The notes under the pieces: model-generated
What the model was told of the DNA's origin: nothing
The model's database searches: none
Seen by the model: only the letters and a program-made list of their open reading frames with translations
Shown: piece by piece, positions 28,467 through 39,389 of the stretch
How the letters are laid out: every line of letters starts with the position of its first letter
Numbering within the stretch: the first letter of the stretch is position 1
Program-made: the position numbers and the translations under genes
Origin: Sedimentisphaerales bacterium
GTDB lineage: Bacteria; Planctomycetota; Phycisphaerae; Sedimentisphaerales; SM23-30
Length of the DNA: 64,000 nucleotides
Reading direction: 5' to 3' (one strand)
Assembly (NCBI GenBank): GCA_963666285.1
Contig: OY762711.1

Positions 28467-29900
28467 TTATTTCAACCAATTCTGTGACATAGTTTCTAAT
28501 TCCCGGATATCAATTATCCCATCCCCGGAACTTTCTATAAGTTTAGGTACAGACCCACGCCAATCCCGTAACTGCCGAAGCATACTCATAGCTTTTTCCG
28601 GATGCTGCTTTTTCAAATCGGTAGTCTCCGACAAATCATCAGCAAGGTTATAGAGCTCTATTTTTCCGGTATCCAGCCTTTCAATCAGCTTCCAGTCATC
28701 ATCCCTGACAGCACTCTGGTTATTATACGGATAATACCAGTAAACAGAGTCCCTGCCTATTGAAGCTTGAACATTGGTAAATAACGGCATAAGAGAAACA
28801 CCATCTATATGCTGATTCTGCGGCAGGGGCAAATCCATAATTTCAGAAAATGTAGGATAAAAATCACAGCTTACCACTGGCTTGCTGCATACAGTGCCAG
28901 CAGAAATATGACCGGCCCAATTCATAATAAGTGGAATACGAATACCACCTTCATACAGGCTGCCTTTTGCTCCTCGCAAAGGAGCATTAGAAGTAACATC
29001 GCCGGCACCGCCATTATCACTGGTAAATATCAGAATAGTATCATCTAATATATTTAGTTCGGACAGTTTGCTTACAATCTGCCCGACACCCTCATCAATA
29101 GTATATAACTGGGCAGCCAGATGGGGATTATTTTCCGGGGCATATTGACCTGTGCCGCTACCTGGCTTACTTTCAAAATGGCTGACCAGATGAGGTTTAC
29201 CATCGAGCTTTGTATGGACGGCATAATGACTTAAATACAAAAAGAAAGGTTCATCTTTATGCCTTTGGATAAAGTTTACAGCTTCATAATTGCAGCGATC
29301 AACCAGAAATTCTTCATCAGGATACAGGGAATCAAGCACTTCAGGTGCCTTCTGCAACTCAGGCATAATCCAATAAGGCTGCCAGTAATCGCCATTACCA
29401 ATATATGTGGTAGCACCAACCATCACTTCATCAAAACCCTGCTGATCCGGAGGAATTGGATCCGGATCTCCATCATCAGCATAACAGGAAACATGCCACT
29501 TTCCAACAATACCAGTTGTATATCCGGCCGTTTTAAGCTGTTCGGCAACAGTTATGTACTGCCGGGGAAGATTTTTGTCAAAATCATTCTTATCAAGCCA
29601 TTTCAAAATACCGATCCTTGCAGGATACTGGCCTGTCAAGAGACTAGCCCGATACGGCGAACAAACAGGAGCAGCTGCATAAGCATCAGAAAAACGCATA
29701 CCGCCTGCAGCAAGACTGTCGATATTCGGCGATTCATTATAAGTATTTCCATAGCATCCCAGCTCATGCCAGCCAAGATCGTCAGCCAGAATATATACGA
29801 TATTAGGCGACCTTGCCTCTAGTATATTTACAGAAACAAGCATACATAATAAAACAGCAAGATACCATTTTGTTCTCTTATCCATAAATTGAAATTTCAT
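28467..29900 (-). CDS. Sulfatase (S1, Cys-type formylglycine-dependent) with signal peptide and short dockerin-like tail
   Basis: PNIVYILADDLG, CSPYRASLLTG (CxPxR), GKWH, SDNGG, KGSLYEGGIRIP, ELYNLADDLSETTDL; ends GDGIIDIRELETMSQNWLK. Confidence 0.95.
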   Translation of the reverse strand: MKFQFMDKRTKWYLAVLLCMLVSVNILEARSPNIVYILADDLGWHELGCYGNTYNESPNIDSLAAGGMRFSDAYAAAPVCSPYRASLLTGQYPARIGILKWLDKNDFDKNLPRQYITVAEQLKTAGYTTGIVGKWHVSCYADDGDPDPIPPDQQGFDEVMVGATTYIGNGDYWQPYWIMPELQKAPEVLDSLYPDEEFLVDRCNYEAVNFIQRHKDEPFFLYLSHYAVHTKLDGKPHLVSHFESKPGSGTGQYAPENNPHLAAQLYTIDEGVGQIVSKLSELNILDDTILIFTSDNGGAGDVTSNAPLRGAKGSLYEGGIRIPLIMNWAGHISAGTVCSKPVVSCDFYPTFSEIMDLPLPQNQHIDGVSLMPLFTNVQASIGRDSVYWYYPYNNQSAVRDDDWKLIERLDTGKIELYNLADDLSETTDLKKQHPEKAMSMLRQLRDWRGSVPKLIESSGDGIIDIRELETMSQNWLK

Positions 29901-30022
29901 AAAATATTCCCCTCTAATTCATAGACTAATCTTAATCCGGATTAGCATATGTGCTGGATAATATACGGGAGGCCAAATGTTAGGCTTACAGTTCAACGGA
30001 GTAAAACTATAATCAATACCAT

Positions 30023-30057
30023 AATAGTCGGGAAGAATATAATTCTTCCCGACTATT
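30023..30057. terminator. Perfect 16-bp inverted repeat (terminator or mRNA-stabilising hairpin) between the LamG gene and the sulfatase
   Basis: AATAGTCGGGAAGAAT-ATA-ATTCTTCCCGACTATT, 22 nt after the stop at 30080. Confidence 0.75.
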
Positions 30058-30079
30058 TAACTTCAAATGAAAAATAGAA

Positions 30080-32385
30080 TTACTGATTGCATTCTATTGC
30101 TGGATACAGATTGCAGTTTAACCATTCCACTGAGAAAAGTGCAAAATCTTTAATATTAACTAAACAATCACCATCGAAATCATATGGATTTGAACTCATA
30201 CAAACTGGTATTTCCAGCATTTCATAGTATAGATCAACAATCTCTTCGTGACTGCGAGCATAGTTATATATCCTTATATCATCGATCTGACCTTTGAATG
30301 GATTGACCAGACCTACAGTGTCATCCACACCGCTGCCGGAACGCTGTAGACAACCAACATACATTGGCACTTCAAGTTCGGTAACTGTAATCGGGTTAAG
30401 ATTTTGAGCAGCAACTTCGCCGTTGATATAAACATAAGCACCTTCAGGGCCGGCAGTAGCTGCAACATGCAGCCATTCATTAAGTGGAAGCGGCTCTGCT
30501 GTTAAAGCTGCAGTAAAGTTAGGAGCATTCAACTGCAAATAACCACTTGTATTTATTTCCATATAGAAGTTACCCTCGCCAGAACCTATCCTGTTGCTGA
30601 CAATCCCCTGCCAGCCGTTAATTTCCTCATAGTAAATCCATGAAGATATTGTTATCTGGCCAGTATATTGAGATGCCGCCCAGTCACCTGAATCAGCAGC
30701 AGCGTCACCTTCAATCGTTAGATCAAGGGCATTGCCAAGCTCAACCGGATCGGCACTGTTAGCAACAAACTGCTCTGCCAGAGGATCTGTATTAGGATCA
30801 GCCGGATAATTACCGGTCTCATCCGGGTACACACCATTTATACTGTCAAATGATTCGAACTTCCAATGTGCCTTCAAGCGTCTAACGCCCATGTCCGCAG
30901 CATCTGACATAACCGGTTCTTCGCCGGCGATAACCGCAGCATTAGTAATCTCGCATAAATAGCTGCCCTCATCTGCTGCAGAAACATCAGCAAAAGACAG
31001 AGTTGCGGTATAAAGCTTTTCATCAGAATCATATACAGGTGCAGCCTGACTGGCCAATAACGGATTTAACGGGTCAGACACATTATACCATTTTACGGTA
31101 GGTTCAGGTGAAAGACTGGTAAAGACACAAGCCAGAACAGCCTCGGCAGGATCAAATAATTCACTCTGGCTATCATAGGTCAGAGTATTAACCGGCTGAG
31201 TAACTATAACTGGTAAAGACTTCAATGTCTGGAATGACCATACCGTACCGGTTATAGTAGCGGCATCTGACGGAGCTGAATCATTAACACTTTCATCGAC
31301 ACGCCAGTAATAAACAGAATCAAAGTCAAGGGCTACCACCTTGGAGACTTCAAATTCACCTGTCACAGCTGGAGGAACTTCTATTGGGGTTACATCAACA
31401 AAGTTTGGCTCATTAATATTGATATATAAATAATGCTTGGTTATATCCGGATTCGGCAACTCGGCATCATCAAGATCACTTCCGGTATTCCAGGAAAGCG
31501 TAACATCAACACTGCCATTGTTAGACACTCCATAGAACCCCTGGTCATTATCTGCCGGTGTAGGTTCGGTAGCCATAGCCCTGTAGTATTTATAGTCAAG
31601 ATAATCAAAGACCTGCTGCATTTGAGAGGTTGACAGCTGGTTATTGTAAATAACTATCTCAGCAATTTCTCCGGTGTATTGGTCTGTACCGTAAAAACCG
31701 CCGCTTGAGTTTAATCCATCACCTATTGTCAACAAATTTCCTGCCGCAATAAAATCGACAGTATTAGAAGGGTTGGCTGTATTATCAAACACTTCCTGAA
31801 CCAGGTCATCAACAAAGTATCTAAGTGAACCAAAGTTTTCTCCCTGGTTGATCTGAAGAATTGCAATATGGTAGTTATTATCCAATGGATTACCTGTTTT
31901 AACGAGTGATTTACCATTATTAAAACGTGCACCTGAGCCGCCATCAGCCAGTCCGGTATCAGTTGAAAAATCTACACCCAGAATATGACCCGCATTGCTT
32001 GTCTGCTGACCAATTTGTAATACTCTTTCAGCAGCAAGTCCAGACTTGTCTCCAGTTGCAACAACAAATACCGTCAGGCCGCTGTTAATATCCGGAATAG
32101 TCAGCATATCACTTGCCAGTACCGCAGAACCAACAAAACTGACTGCCGGATTTCCGTTAAGGCTATTCGAGACATAAACAGGTGCTTCTTTGCCACTGCC
32201 CTGGAGGACATCTCCGTTAACAGAATCCGATACTGCAGAATCTCCCCAGGCTGTAATAGCATCACCATCACTAAGCCCGCTTATAGAACCAGCGTCCAGA
32301 TGGATAATCATACCATCAGTTACCAACTGTGCCCCGGCAAAAACAGAAAGAGACATAACAATAAAACAACCAAGCTCTTTTGCAT
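30080..32385 (-). CDS. Secreted LamG-Ig-LamG-dockerin-like protein; apparent +2 frameshift in the signal peptide (main frame 30080-32356)
   Basis: GGAGG RBS at 32395-32399 and ATG 32385 give MQKSLVVLLLCL..., out of frame with the 758-aa body. The body has HLDAG...GEIAEIVIYN, YYWRVDE, DEGSYLCEITN (Ig), GQIDDIRIYN and DFDGDCLVNIKDFALFSVEWL. Confidence 0.8.
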
Positions 32386-32448
32386 TTCAAATATCCTCCG
32401 AAAATGATAATAAGTTAAATTTTCAAATTATTCGCTACACAGCGAACA

Positions 32449-34131
32449 TCAATCAATTTTCAATGTAGGTCGGCCCAAAACACACCAATCATAATCAGAA
32501 TTCTTATCATGATCGGTTACAACAATACTTATAAATTCAGAACCAGCAGGAATAGGTATAGAAATATCAGCGATATGATCAACGGCATTAAAAAACCTGG
32601 ATAATACACATTTGTTATCAACAAATAAGTAAAGGGTTAACTCAATATTTTTTCTTTTTATATCACCGCTATTGGATAAATGAATAATCTCATCCGGTAT
32701 ACCGCAAAATGCGGTAAAACTGATAGTTGAATCTACCGGATACAAACTAATTATATTGTTAATATCAAAGGTAATCCCTATATTTGAATGGAGATATAAC
32801 GCCGGGGATTCCTTTGTGCCGTATGTAACACCATCCAGGGACAGATCATGCAGATAAAATTCCTTTTCTTTAGATACAAGCAAAGGATATTTGACCCTGT
32901 CTTTAACAGCCGGACCATTCATTATTGCAATACGATAATCACCGCGAGTTTCTTCAAAACTGCTGTAAGTGTCATTATTTGAATTTATTACAACATCTTC
33001 TATACCATTAGGAACAAAAACACCATCAATAAACGGGTGATCTACTTTAGTATAGGCATTTTTAACTTTAGGAAATTCGACCAAAGTCGGCTCTCTAAGA
33101 TACTTGCCGGAACTTGGATCGATACCGGTTCCGATTTGCCCCTTGCCAAAGCCATCTCCGCCACCAACAATATCAGCAAGGTCGATATGTTTTTGGCCAC
33201 GCCAGACAAAACGAGAGCTTGAATTTATATTCCTGGCAAAAGATTCCTGCTGAACAGGAATATCTTCCAGGGATTTATTCGCAGCGTCAAATCTCATGGC
33301 ATAATTTTCATTTACGATCCTGGTCTCCTTCTTACTTTCTTTGAGACCGGCATACAATTGAACAGAACCATCCAAAACATGAACTTCTGATGAACCATTT
33401 TTCTCTACCTGTACACCAAATTCAGTACCTAAATCGATGTATTTCGCTGCTGTACTGTCCACGGTAAAACCCTGTCCGACCTGGGATACTTTTGCATATA
33501 TGCGTCCATAGCCAAGATATATTCCATCTCTTTCAATTTCGAACTCGGCAGGACCTTCAATAACGACATCTACCCCTTCATCGTAAGCTAATTTTATAAT
33601 CCCTTTTTCCAACTTGTAGGGTTCCTGGTAAATACGCACTCTTTCATTAGGAACGAGCTTACCTGAAGTGCTATCCCATTGTACACCTATTTGATCTACA
33701 ACAGTTGCAACAGAAACAGAATGATCCGGCTTAAACACATGACCGAATATTATAAAGCCAATCATCAGTACAGCAGCAATATATACTATCTTATCAAATG
33801 CCTGGAAAAACTTACTTCGCATTTGCGGTTTTTCAGGAATACTAACTTCATTATAGACAACAACAGGAGGTTCCGGCTTAGCAACAAAAACCTCTGGTGC
33901 ATTCTGTTCAAAATCTGCCAGATCTGCCAGCATAATCTTTTCATACTCTGATGTCCAGTTAGAAGAATTCAAAGCATTATTCATTGAGATAAGATCAAGG
34001 TAAAAAGAACGAGCTGCTGCATCTGAACTTAATAAATCATTAAGACGCTTAAACTGTATATCTGAAATCTCACCTGCCAGAGATAGATTTACAAGATAAC
34101 GAACATCACTGATAATTGATTCGTTACTCAT
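32449..34131 (-). CDS. FecR-family transmembrane anti-sigma factor with C-terminal NPCBM-like domain
   Basis: N-terminal helical region, one TM (IVYIAAVLMIGFIIFG), VVIEGPAEF, DLGTEFGVQV, EVHVLDGSV, IDLADIVGGGDG, C-terminal DWCVLGRPTL. Overlaps the sigma gene (ATGA). Confidence 0.88.
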   Translation of the reverse strand: MSNESIISDVRYLVNLSLAGEISDIQFKRLNDLLSSDAAARSFYLDLISMNNALNSSNWTSEYEKIMLADLADFEQNAPEVFVAKPEPPVVVYNEVSIPEKPQMRSKFFQAFDKIVYIAAVLMIGFIIFGHVFKPDHSVSVATVVDQIGVQWDSTSGKLVPNERVRIYQEPYKLEKGIIKLAYDEGVDVVIEGPAEFEIERDGIYLGYGRIYAKVSQVGQGFTVDSTAAKYIDLGTEFGVQVEKNGSSEVHVLDGSVQLYAGLKESKKETRIVNENYAMRFDAANKSLEDIPVQQESFARNINSSSRFVWRGQKHIDLADIVGGGDGFGKGQIGTGIDPSSGKYLREPTLVEFPKVKNAYTKVDHPFIDGVFVPNGIEDVVINSNNDTYSSFEETRGDYRIAIMNGPAVKDRVKYPLLVSKEKEFYLHDLSLDGVTYGTKESPALYLHSNIGITFDINNIISLYPVDSTISFTAFCGIPDEIIHLSNSGDIKRKNIELTLYLFVDNKCVLSRFFNAVDHIADISIPIPAGSEFISIVVTDHDKNSDYDWCVLGRPTLKID

Positions 34132-34664
34132 ACGCCCTTCTCCTCAAATGAAATCGCCTGCTTGAGACATATCAGAAGCGAACCCTGAACACGTGAAATA
34201 TTTCGGTATACAGTCTGTACTGTTTTACCCAAAACGCCGGCCATATCCTTTATTTTCTGCCCTTCATGATACCTCATCAGAATAATTCTTTTATCCTGTT
34301 CGGGCAGTTTTTGGTAGCAACTCTTTATATATGTCAAGAACTCATTGGTCTTATCCTGCCTTTTTTCCTGATCTTCCTGGAGAGATTCTAATACAGTATT
34401 ATCAAACTGAATTTCTTTGCGACGCCTTTTTTTATTCCTGAACTCCAAAACACGATAACGCGCAATCGTTATCCCCCAGGCCAGAAAATTGGACCCTTCC
34501 TTGAAATCATCAAACTTATCCCACATCATTTTACTGGTATCCTGCATGATATCAGAGGCATCCTGAAAATTAGGCACCATCGATAAGATATATGACTGAA
34601 TCTTACCTTGATATGTTGTAAGTAAACTTACAAACTGTTGAACTTTGTTTTGATGATCTTCCAT
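34128..34664 (-). CDS. ECF RNA polymerase sigma-70 factor (Planctomycete/Verrucomicrobia type)
   Basis: DASDIMQDT...MWDKFDDFKEGSNFLAWGITIARYRV (region 2); KLPEQDKRIILMRYHEG...TVYRNISRV (region 4). Confidence 0.93.
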   Translation of the reverse strand: MEDHQNKVQQFVSLLTTYQGKIQSYILSMVPNFQDASDIMQDTSKMMWDKFDDFKEGSNFLAWGITIARYRVLEFRNKKRRRKEIQFDNTVLESLQEDQEKRQDKTNEFLTYIKSCYQKLPEQDKRIILMRYHEGQKIKDMAGVLGKTVQTVYRNISRVQGSLLICLKQAISFEEKGV

Positions 34665-34975
34665 ATTGTTAATCTAAAAGAAATATTCTATTTGTCTACT
34701 ATAATAGGAACCACACTATTCATTTTTAACGCAAATAATTATTTTTTTAGAATTACCAGCAAAGCCACATATCTAATTAAATAACAACCACTTACAACAA
34801 ATACAGCTAAATCTTTTTTTTCAGCAAAACCTGAATAATTTTTAGGGTATACTAAATTATAATATTTAACTCTCTAACCATAGCTACTTTTGGAAGCCAT
34901 CCAATGTATGCCTGCAAAGCTCTTCTTATAAATCTTGAAATCATTGAATTAGAAACAATCTGATATTTCACACAA

Positions 34976-36385
34976 CTATAAATCAGCACAAATATTGACT
35001 GGATAGGAATCACCACTTGCACCGGAGGAATTGGATGCTGAAATCGTGTAATAGTAAACATCACCTGATTTAACATCAAAGTCGGAATATGCCGGCTGCA
35101 GCACATTTTCGGCTATGACATAATATGGGCCATCAGGTGATGCTGCACGCTTGACGGTATAATATTCGGCTTTAATGGCTGATATCCAGGTAAGCTCTAC
35201 ATTCTTAGCCCCCTTTTTGGCAATCAGCCCAGCTGGTGATGACGTAGAGTTACCATTTATTTGCTGCAGACCAGATTTTCTGGAAAAAAGCAGAGTACCA
35301 TAGCCGGGATGGTCTGCTCCAGGTCTCCATTGTCCTTCCGGGCGAACCTTTGACGCTGCCTTTTCGGTATAAGGGGCAGCAATGTTAACCCTGTTGACAT
35401 AATGATTATATACCATTTCAAATATAGCACGCAGTCTTCCCCGCTCTTTTGTTGAAATATTTTTATGATGGTATTTACCCGTTTTGTCAATTGTCTCGAC
35501 AAAAGGAACATCTTCACCAAGATTATACTTAGCGGTATATTCAAATCCTTTCAGCAAACGATAATCCTCGTATGCATACAGGTCCAGTCCCTGCTGCCAG
35601 GCAATTTCACAACAGGCCGCCATCAACGCCAGGCCAAGTTGAGTATGCTGCTGGTCTCGACCGCTTTCCTGGCACTGACCTGCTTCATTGATAATATAAT
35701 GTGTTATACAGCCATTACCGGAACCGTTAACATAATAACGCAATCCACGCTCAAAAATTGACCTGTCATCACAAAAAACTCCAATTGCCATAACAGTCTG
35801 TATGGCAGCGATATCCCAGTTGCCATTGGCAAATCCGGCAAAATCCTTGACAATCGGATAAATCACATCAAGAAACATAACCTCGCATCGCCTGATCTCC
35901 TCCTCCGGCCAGCCGGTATCGGTATAACGGAGTATTTCTGCGGCATTAACCATTTTGAAAGGTCCTAATCCGGCCATCAGGATCGCGTCACGGCCGCTAA
36001 CTCGCTTGAGCATCTTTGACCATGAATTGATAATATCTATTGATTTATCTGCATAAGCTTTATTACCGGTTATAACCCACATCAAAGCTAATTGATAAGA
36101 AGCGTTGGCATCAGAATCAAATTCTCGAAACTTAACATTAGGGTTACGCCCTATTTCCTCTGCCGGACCGCGCATACGATACTCCAGTTGAGAAGCAGGG
36201 TCAGCCTTGAATACATCAAACCCACTCTTAAAGGGCTCGATATCCTGATTAACCATAGTCTTTATTCTGTTCAAATCGCTACTGCTATGCAGTAAACCGG
36301 GATGATTGAAAGATGCCATTAACGGAAAAGTTAAGACTGCTTCCAACAAACATATCAGAAAAATATGACAGCATTGTCTCTTCAA
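34976..36385 (-). CDS. Alginate-lyase-family (alpha/alpha toroid) secreted protein with C-terminal fibronectin type III domain
   Basis: Signal peptide; FNHPGLLHS, NGNWD, GQCQESGRDQQHTQLGL, RLLKGFEYTAKYNLG; FN3 ELTW...YTVKRA...YYYTISASN. Confidence 0.82.
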   Translation of the reverse strand: MKRQCCHIFLICLLEAVLTFPLMASFNHPGLLHSSSDLNRIKTMVNQDIEPFKSGFDVFKADPASQLEYRMRGPAEEIGRNPNVKFREFDSDANASYQLALMWVITGNKAYADKSIDIINSWSKMLKRVSGRDAILMAGLGPFKMVNAAEILRYTDTGWPEEEIRRCEVMFLDVIYPIVKDFAGFANGNWDIAAIQTVMAIGVFCDDRSIFERGLRYYVNGSGNGCITHYIINEAGQCQESGRDQQHTQLGLALMAACCEIAWQQGLDLYAYEDYRLLKGFEYTAKYNLGEDVPFVETIDKTGKYHHKNISTKERGRLRAIFEMVYNHYVNRVNIAAPYTEKAASKVRPEGQWRPGADHPGYGTLLFSRKSGLQQINGNSTSSPAGLIAKKGAKNVELTWISAIKAEYYTVKRAASPDGPYYVIAENVLQPAYSDFDVKSGDVYYYTISASNSSGASGDSYPVNICADL

Positions 36386-36445
36386 ATTCTCACCTCATTA
36401 AATATCTTTTATTCTAAAAACTAATAATGTGTTTTCCTGGAACAA

Positions 36446-38503
36446 CTACTCCATAATCACTTCTTCACCATTGGCAGTAAAGATAAGTCTATCTACATTT
36501 TTGATTGATACTGAAGCTTGATTACAATCAGTTAATAATTGCCCCCCAACATATATATCTTTCAGAAATAAGTTTTTAATATCAATAAATATAAAAGGTC
36601 TGGCAGGATCAGCAAACCAACAATTGTCAAAAATAACATGGCGAGGGGTAAAACCGTTAAAGTCGTTACCCACAGGTATTGCCACATTTTCTGCCTGGTT
36701 ACCAGCAAAAGAGCAATTCATAAAAATCAGATCTTCATAGCAGGGATAACTCTTCTTTGAGCCGTTCTGTGCCCTGACAGCACTACCGGCATTACGTATT
36801 ACAGAGTGAAAATTATTCAAAATATAACTCTTGAGCTTATAACTTTCATATTCCCCCGGCTCTCCTTTCCAGCGGGTATTGGCTCCAAGCCGCACGCTAT
36901 TGGCAAAGCCGCTCCAGGCAAGAACATTATTAACCACGATCTTTTCCGAGTCATCTGTATCCCATTTAAGCCTGGCTTTATTGTAAACGGCGGCAGCAGC
37001 ACAAATATTACTTTTCATTGCTTCCATCTTAGACTTGTCATCCCCCTTTGCCCGGTCCAAATCATCCAGAAAACGTCGCGGGAATTCATCTCCGGGATTA
37101 TAATGCCCGGAGGCAAATGTATCATCATTGCCAAGCGTAAACGCTCCATTAACAGTAACATTACGACCACTGGTCAAATCCAGTCCATCTACCCAGGCAT
37201 GGCAAAAAGGAGACAGCCCTTTAATATTATTATATGTCACATTCCTAACCGTATGACATTCCCAGTTCCACTGTTTCACATCTCGAACATATGTATCGTT
37301 GAAAGTGATATCTGAGCAATGCACCAGCATAGCACCACCCTGATGAGGAGTGTCCCTGGCATCCTTTCGATCAAGTTGAAGCGTATAACAGCCATTTCCG
37401 TCTATTATTCCACGGCCTGAAATATTGATATTTGAAGAATACCATATCCCTATTGCAGGCTCCAATGCCTGTTTACATTCCTGAATACGATTAACCAACA
37501 AAGCATCTTCACCCAGATATATATTCAGCTTCCCATCTGCACCGTTACCATTCCAGTTTTTTATGCAAAGACCTGACCATATGTATGTTCCCGCAGGAAA
37601 ATAAATAGTATCCAGCCGGGGGCTTTTTCTAACCTTTTCCAGGGCGGCCTGAAATGCATCAGATACATCGTTTCTATCTCTTACCCGCTTATCTGGAAAC
37701 TGGACATCCTTTTTCTGGGGATCAACATATATGCCGGCTTCATATCGCCAGGTAAACAACTCTTTGCTATTGCGACTGGTATCGGTTACTACTCCTGCCG
37801 GACGACATATCCGGCCTTCTTTATCATCGATAGGATGAGCCTGGAGATATTTGGTTGCAAAAGTCTTAAAATTAAGTACATTCTCGGCATTAATATCAGG
37901 TTTCTCCAATTCCGGCGGGTCTTTTATAACAGCCAGCATAGGTATCCCTGCCGTGTCCTTTAACGTTCCGTTGACATTCACAATACAATACGGCAGGTTT
38001 TCAGCCATATTAAAGGTTAATACACTTTTATCGCTGCTTATACTCAACTTTTCTGTTGGATAGTATCGCTCAGGATATATTTCAACACTTTTAATATCAG
38101 TACCATCTATTAACTTGATTTGAATCTGGGGAGTAGAATCTGACACAGAAAACCTTGCAATATCAAAATTATGGTATTTCCTGCTGTCATACCCTTTTTT
38201 ATATTGATAAATTGAAATAGAGATCCCATTAGTAGCCATTTCATACTTACTTGATAACTGGTACTGCTTATTTCTTACAATATCGTCGCTGGCCACAATA
38301 TCAGATTCATCTACATCAATAGTAGCGGGATCATCTCCTGATTTGCCATAATCATGCACCATGTTTCCTTCTGCATCCGCTGAAAAAAGTTCAGGAGGCA
38401 ATATTGATATTAAGAAAACCAATACTGCCAATTTTATAAAAACATTGATTAATTTTATTCTGCAATCTGGAAATATGTTGTAGCTATTCATTATCATACT
38501 CAT
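36446..38503 (-). CDS. Secreted pectin-lyase-fold (right-handed beta-helix, GH28-like) polysaccharide-degrading protein
   Basis: AFQAAL..IYFPAGTY, NINISGRGIIDGNG, WVDGLDL, GNDDTFA; N-terminal signal peptide; exact start Met uncertain. Confidence 0.72.
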   Translation of the reverse strand: MSMIMNSYNIFPDCRIKLINVFIKLAVLVFLISILPPELFSADAEGNMVHDYGKSGDDPATIDVDESDIVASDDIVRNKQYQLSSKYEMATNGISISIYQYKKGYDSRKYHNFDIARFSVSDSTPQIQIKLIDGTDIKSVEIYPERYYPTEKLSISSDKSVLTFNMAENLPYCIVNVNGTLKDTAGIPMLAVIKDPPELEKPDINAENVLNFKTFATKYLQAHPIDDKEGRICRPAGVVTDTSRNSKELFTWRYEAGIYVDPQKKDVQFPDKRVRDRNDVSDAFQAALEKVRKSPRLDTIYFPAGTYIWSGLCIKNWNGNGADGKLNIYLGEDALLVNRIQECKQALEPAIGIWYSSNINISGRGIIDGNGCYTLQLDRKDARDTPHQGGAMLVHCSDITFNDTYVRDVKQWNWECHTVRNVTYNNIKGLSPFCHAWVDGLDLTSGRNVTVNGAFTLGNDDTFASGHYNPGDEFPRRFLDDLDRAKGDDKSKMEAMKSNICAAAAVYNKARLKWDTDDSEKIVVNNVLAWSGFANSVRLGANTRWKGEPGEYESYKLKSYILNNFHSVIRNAGSAVRAQNGSKKSYPCYEDLIFMNCSFAGNQAENVAIPVGNDFNGFTPRHVIFDNCWFADPARPFIFIDIKNLFLKDIYVGGQLLTDCNQASVSIKNVDRLIFTANGEEVIME

Positions 38504-39389
38504 TCATATACAATAATTATGCAATCCTGGCAACTAATCGCCAAAAACGAACTAACGGAGGACTGCCATTATCAGTTAACCTCAAACACGATACGTATTT
38601 TATAAAAGACAATGGTTATTGTTAATATAAAAAAACAGCAAGAAATAGTACTCAGATACCAATCAAGTAATCACATAAGTACTCCTTAAGCCCTAAACCC
38701 CAAAATGGCATACAACTCAACCCAAACAACCACAAACCACACAACAGCTTACAAACAATACACTTACACAAAAGAGAGCCTTTATGCTTTATATCAAATA
38801 CAGATTAAAGCCTTACATCACATTTCTATATATAAGCAAATTTACAATAAAACTAATGATAATGGTTTCAATTCCTATTGACAGGCAGGCTGGTATTTGC
38901 CATAAATATCACTAAAATAATAAAAAATGAAACCTATTATTAAGTGCGGTTTCGCACTTTTGACTGTTCAACATTATACGCAAAGGCCGGAACAGGGCCT
39001 TGTGAATAAAAAACTTACCATTTAATTGTATTTTCAAGTTATTTCTCGAAAGTATATTTAATTCAAAGTGTTACAGGAAGGCCCTTTTAGGCGATTTTTG
39101 CAACTTAAAAACTGCGAAAGTAAACTATTAATAGCAGTGTAAATATGTATAGTTAGCAAGGTTACATCATTATTTACGTCAAGAAATGCTAATATCCAAA
39201 CAAACTCATACCGCCTGCATTTTTTTTATTATTTATGCAAACAACACATGATTTTACTGGATAGCATAGGAGCTAAAAATTAAAATACTTATACTTAAAA
39301 CCTGCCGACAACATAGCTACATAAATTGAAAGTATCAATTTGTAATTCGACTATATAGAAATCATTTATAAATTTACAGGAATTATATA

